The position numbers and the translations under genes are program-made. From NCBI GenBank assembly GCA_965237805.1, contig OZ250153.1:1013816-1077815 (forward strand): a DNA stretch of 64,000 bases, read 5' to 3'. The notes under the pieces are model-generated. The model searched no databases. It had not been told where the DNA came from and saw nothing but the letters and a program-made list of their open reading frames with translations. Below, one piece after another: positions 59,601-64,000 of the stretch. Numbering within the stretch: the first letter of the stretch is position 1; every line of letters starts with the position of its first letter. This stretch comes from Gammaproteobacteria bacterium (GTDB lineage: Bacteria > Pseudomonadota > Gammaproteobacteria > JABABF01).

Positions 59601-59845
59601 TCCGCAGCGCCCACCCCGTAGCGCCAGGGATTGCGGAGGGCGGGGCCGCAGCCTGGCGCTGGAGCTGCTTGCTGGATCAACGTTTGGTAGCTCTCGGCGA
59701 ATTGGCCACTCCGCTGGCCGATTTTATGGACCATACCTTGGTACTCGCTGAGGCTCCCGGCGAGCGTGCAGCCAACCTCTACGCCCTGCAACAGTTGGAA
59801 GGACTGTTCTCCGAAGTGGCCGATTTCTCCCAGCTGAGCCTCTGA
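56624..59845 (+). CDS. glyQS: glycine--tRNA ligase, alpha and beta subunits fused in a single reading frame (GlyQ-GlyS)
   Basis: Residues 1-~295 match GlyQ ([50 protein letters not shown]). After a ~35-aa linker ([32 protein letters not shown]) the sequence matches the GlyS N-terminus ([25 protein letters not shown], cf. E. coli [24 protein letters not shown]) through to the C-terminus. 1074 codons with no stop. Confidence 0.8.
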   Translation: MTGSPQTFQALIASLQDFWARQGCCLLQPFDMEMGAGTFHPATFLRALGPEPWRTAYVQGCRRPTDGRYGANPNRLQHYYQYQVLLKPAPADIQSLYLQSLSAIGLDLRRHDVRFVEDNWESPTLGAWGLGWEVWLNGMEITQFTYFQQVGGIACSPVSGEISYGLERLAMYLQDKDSVYELLWSDGAAASGQAVRYGELFQRNERELSRYNFEESDPKALVAAFDQARSACQALVERELPVPAYEQVLRASHCFNLLEARGTLSVGERQRYMLNVRQLAQAVAQCWCGDAATEQATPSRARSKLSTAPKHSATTDLATGPHCCLVELGCEELPALQLRAISEAFAVSMASSLCELGVGCQKIERFATPRRLGLLLHGLPERVPRREILGPPAEQLRGVDGEPLPAALGFARKNARSVEELVLRDTAKGKRLALPAPGSEEELSEVLCQRVENALLCMARDYPIRSMRWDVGTDDAEEYSFSRPVRWALLMLDDKPLTARLFGLNVEPQSYGHRVHAPKPLRLKRASDYAKTLRDDGYVIADFDARIEEIRHQIEEITVSFDTAAEARLERDDAARQLLEEVAAICEWPMAQLCQFEPRFLDMPAELLRIVLQKQQRYFPLWHRDSGEFLPQFVVIGNLDSNAPEEIVAGNERVVRARLEDALFFYQNDLKVALEQRREGLRARVFQEGLGSLYDKTQRLESLVEQLMQLAGQEGPEIAVAQRAARLCKSDLDTELVREFPELQGIIGAHLLARHTLTMDNPDNQVLESAKAIREHYRSPFSGTVVGSSCASQALAIADRLDSLVGHFAKGNRPSGSGDPFALRPAALGVLANLLADADLAASPDTPPPRWAELEIMRISTICAKGFENKIFEARVESGGDDSCSHALPLVEFFIERLRSFCRQELQIGSECFNAILASPLHRPHIYPVAFVCCSGRLSRFLADHTEQAKAMVAAWKRATKLLRKGAPQPLGKEAADGAGPGAQHLLDAVLQFRSAHPVAPGIAEGGAAAWRWSCLLDQRLVALGELATPLADFMDHTLVLAEAPGERAANLYALQQLEGLFSEVADFSQLSL

Positions 59846-59888
59846 GCACGGCACCGCCCACGTCTAGCGACCAAGGCACGCACTTGAG

Positions 59889-60632
59889 ATGCAAGAATTC
59901 CCCTCTCCAATAATCGTGCTGCGCAGCACCGCCTTCTATGTTGCGGCGACTGCTATCACCCTGCCTTGGTTGCCCTTACTGCCAGCCTGTCTGCTATTGC
60001 CTATAGACCACCGACAACGCTTCATGGAGAGCCTTTGGAGCAATGCCCTCTTGGTCGTATTGCGCATCTGTTGCGGCATCCGGCTACGGGTGGAGGGACT
60101 GGAACACCTGACACGCAACAGCTGCGTCATCATGTGCAATCACCAAAGCCCCCTTGAGACGCTACTGCATATGCACTTCGCCCCGGGGCATATTATCGCC
60201 GTGTTGCTAAAACAGGAGTTGCTCAACATCCCGGTCTTTGGTTGGGCCCTGCGGATAATACACACCGTCGCAATCGACCGCTCCGAAAAGCGCAAAGCCC
60301 TTGAAGATTTGTTGCGCCAAGGGCAACAACACTTGCGGGAGGGGCGGGATATATTGGTGTTCCCCGGCGGCACCCGCTCACCCTATGGCCAAAAAGAGCG
60401 CTATCTCTTGGGGGGCTTTCGCCTCGCCGAGCAGAGCGGCGTGGCGATACAGCCCATCGCACACAATGCCGGACGCTACTGGCGCGGCTTTTTTAAGTAT
60501 CCCGGCGAGGTGCGCGTGCAGATCTGCCCGCCGATCGCACCCCAAGGCAATGCCAATGTGTTGCGCGCTCTAGTCAAAGCACAGATTGAGGCGGCGCAGG
60601 AAGATTTGGCGCGACTTGAGGCCAGCACCTGA
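59889..60632 (+). CDS. 1-acyl-sn-glycerol-3-phosphate acyltransferase family protein (PlsC/LPLAT)
   Basis: The NHQSPLETL (HX4D/E-type) and VFPGGTRS motifs of LPLAT acyltransferases. Position after glyS and before gyrB recalls Pseudomonas oriC-region synteny. Confidence 0.7.
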   Translation: MQEFPSPIIVLRSTAFYVAATAITLPWLPLLPACLLLPIDHRQRFMESLWSNALLVVLRICCGIRLRVEGLEHLTRNSCVIMCNHQSPLETLLHMHFAPGHIIAVLLKQELLNIPVFGWALRIIHTVAIDRSEKRKALEDLLRQGQQHLREGRDILVFPGGTRSPYGQKERYLLGGFRLAEQSGVAIQPIAHNAGRYWRGFFKYPGEVRVQICPPIAPQGNANVLRALVKAQIEAAQEDLARLEAST

Positions 60633-60702
60633 GCCAACGCCAGCCACCATCACTCTAGGGCACGCAATGCTGTGGGGTGCGCCTGCTCGCCCCGGGCCAG
60701 AA

Positions 60703-60730
60703 CCCCCTATGTTTCACGTGAAACAGGGGT
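60703..60730. terminator. near-perfect palindrome CCCCTATGTTTCAC|GTGAAACAGGGG between convergent plsC-like and gyrB
   Basis: 16-bp perfect palindrome TGTTTCACGTGAAACA flanked by CCCC/GGGG, ending 12 nt from the gyrB stop. No U-tract, so it could be a factor-binding site rather than an intrinsic terminator. Confidence 0.35.
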
Positions 60731-60741
60731 GACAGGCCGCC

Positions 60742-63201
<2,460 letters not shown>

Positions 63202-63204
63202 CTA

Positions 63205-64000
63205 TCAGGCAGCTCGCCGAGAGAGCTGCCCCTGTTGCAACTGAAAATCGCAGCGCGAATGCTGAGGCAAGAAGGGGTTGAGGTCATCCAGCTCGATACA
63301 GCTGGCAAAGATTTGGTGCCCACTGTGCTCTAGCAGCTGACACAGGCGTTGCTTGGCATGGCGATCCAATTCGGCAGCCAAATCGTCCACCAAAAAGATG
63401 CAGCGCTTACCGCAACTTTCCAGCAACTGGCGGCCAGCAGCCAATCTCAGGGCAACTGCCAACAGCTTCAGCTGGCCGCTGGACAATCGATCCACCGCCG
63501 TACTGCCGCGGCAATGGAAGCGCAAATCGGCGCAGTGGGGGCCGTGACGCAAATGGGCCGCTTCCCGATCCTTGGCCCAAGAGTCCTGCAGATAATCGGC
63601 TAAGGATTGGCTGCCGGGCCAGCCACGGAGGTAACGCAGGCTGATGTCGGCATCCAGTAGGCCAGTACACGTCACCGACAAAATGGCTTCAAATGCCTTC
63701 GCCCAACGCGATCGCGCGCCATCCAAAGCCGCTCCGGTCTCAACCAGCTGCTCCGCCCAGCCCGAGCGCTGCGCCTGCGCGCTGGCTTGGCTAGGTAGCC
63801 GCAACAGACGGTTGTATTGTTTCAGGCAGCGGTGATAACGGCGCCATTGCTGTAAAAATGTAGGTTCCATGTGGAACATACACCAGTCCATGAAGCGCCG
63901 CCGATCCATCGGTGCACCGCTGAGCAGGGACGCGGCGCGTGCATTGATCAGCTGTAGCGGCAACTCGGCAACCAAAGCTGCCTTGGAGCTCGGCATCTCG
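63205..64000 (-). CDS. recF: DNA replication and repair protein RecF (partial; N-terminal ~110 codons beyond window end)
   Basis: Matches the RecF middle and C-terminus (RRRFMDWCMFHMEPTF..., SSGQLKLLAVALRLAAGRQL, CIFLVDDLAAELD). Frame open to position 64000. Confidence 0.85.
   Translation of the reverse strand, partial: EMPSSKAALVAELPLQLINARAASLLSGAPMDRRRFMDWCMFHMEPTFLQQWRRYHRCLKQYNRLLRLPSQASAQAQRSGWAEQLVETGAALDGARSRWAKAFEAILSVTCTGLLDADISLRYLRGWPGSQSLADYLQDSWAKDREAAHLRHGPHCADLRFHCRGSTAVDRLSSGQLKLLAVALRLAAGRQLLESCGKRCIFLVDDLAAELDRHAKQRLCQLLEHSGHQIFASCIELDDLNPFLPQHSRCDFQLQQGQLSRRAA

Overview
High-GC (roughly two-thirds G+C) chromosomal segment, by synteny from a gammaproteobacterium, packed almost entirely with housekeeping genes. 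I found no CRISPR array, transposase, integrase or phage gene; nothing here looks like a classical mobile island.

Gene order, left to right:
- A C-terminally truncated secreted dockerin/cadherin-like protein (minus strand).
- An aminotransferase, a DUF1820 protein, a VOC-family (glyoxalase/bleomycin-resistance fold) protein and an OsmC-like protein.
- trpC-trpD-trpG, then a 400-bp gap, then trpE (all minus strand).
- A thiolase-like/OB-fold protein, a YhdH-like oxidoreductase, a MAPEG protein and acs.
- An FMN reductase.
- A minus-strand block: dsbA, cytochrome c4, cytochrome c5, zapE, nif3, hisC-hisD-hisG, murA, a rhomboid protease and a MlaC-like protein.
- Divergently: yrbG-kdsD-kdsC-lptC/A-lptB-rapZ-mgtE.
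- A YhdP/AsmA-like giant protein (minus strand).
- gatCAB plus a small translationally coupled ORF.
- A pfkB kinase, tRNA-Met(CAU), rsmJ and aroB-aroK.
- pilQ, a pilO-like gene and a fused pilMN (minus strand), divergent from ponA.
- dprA, divergent from a frameshifted VOC gene, then def-fmt-rsmB-trkA-trkH.
- A fused glyQS, a plsC-like acyltransferase, and gyrB plus the 3' part of recF on the minus strand. That last pair places the right edge next to the dnaA/dnaN/oriC region.

The most interesting things I see are three in-frame fusions of genes that are normally separate:
- LptC-LptA, which also carries an internal 195-bp tandem duplication of its C-terminal module (the one shared by LptA and LptC).
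- PilM-PilN, in a locus with no pilP.
- GlyQ-GlyS.

Other observations:
- The lptB locus lacks rpoN-hpf-ptsN.
- The mla locus is reduced to a lone mlaC-like gene, with a rhomboid protease inserted next to it.
- The VOC gene downstream of dprA appears frameshifted.
- fmt lacks a canonical start codon in front of its conserved N-terminus.
- Several promoter-like repeated motifs occur around the trp genes and elsewhere.

All calls are by eye from the translated ORFs and the raw sequence; I ran no database searches.
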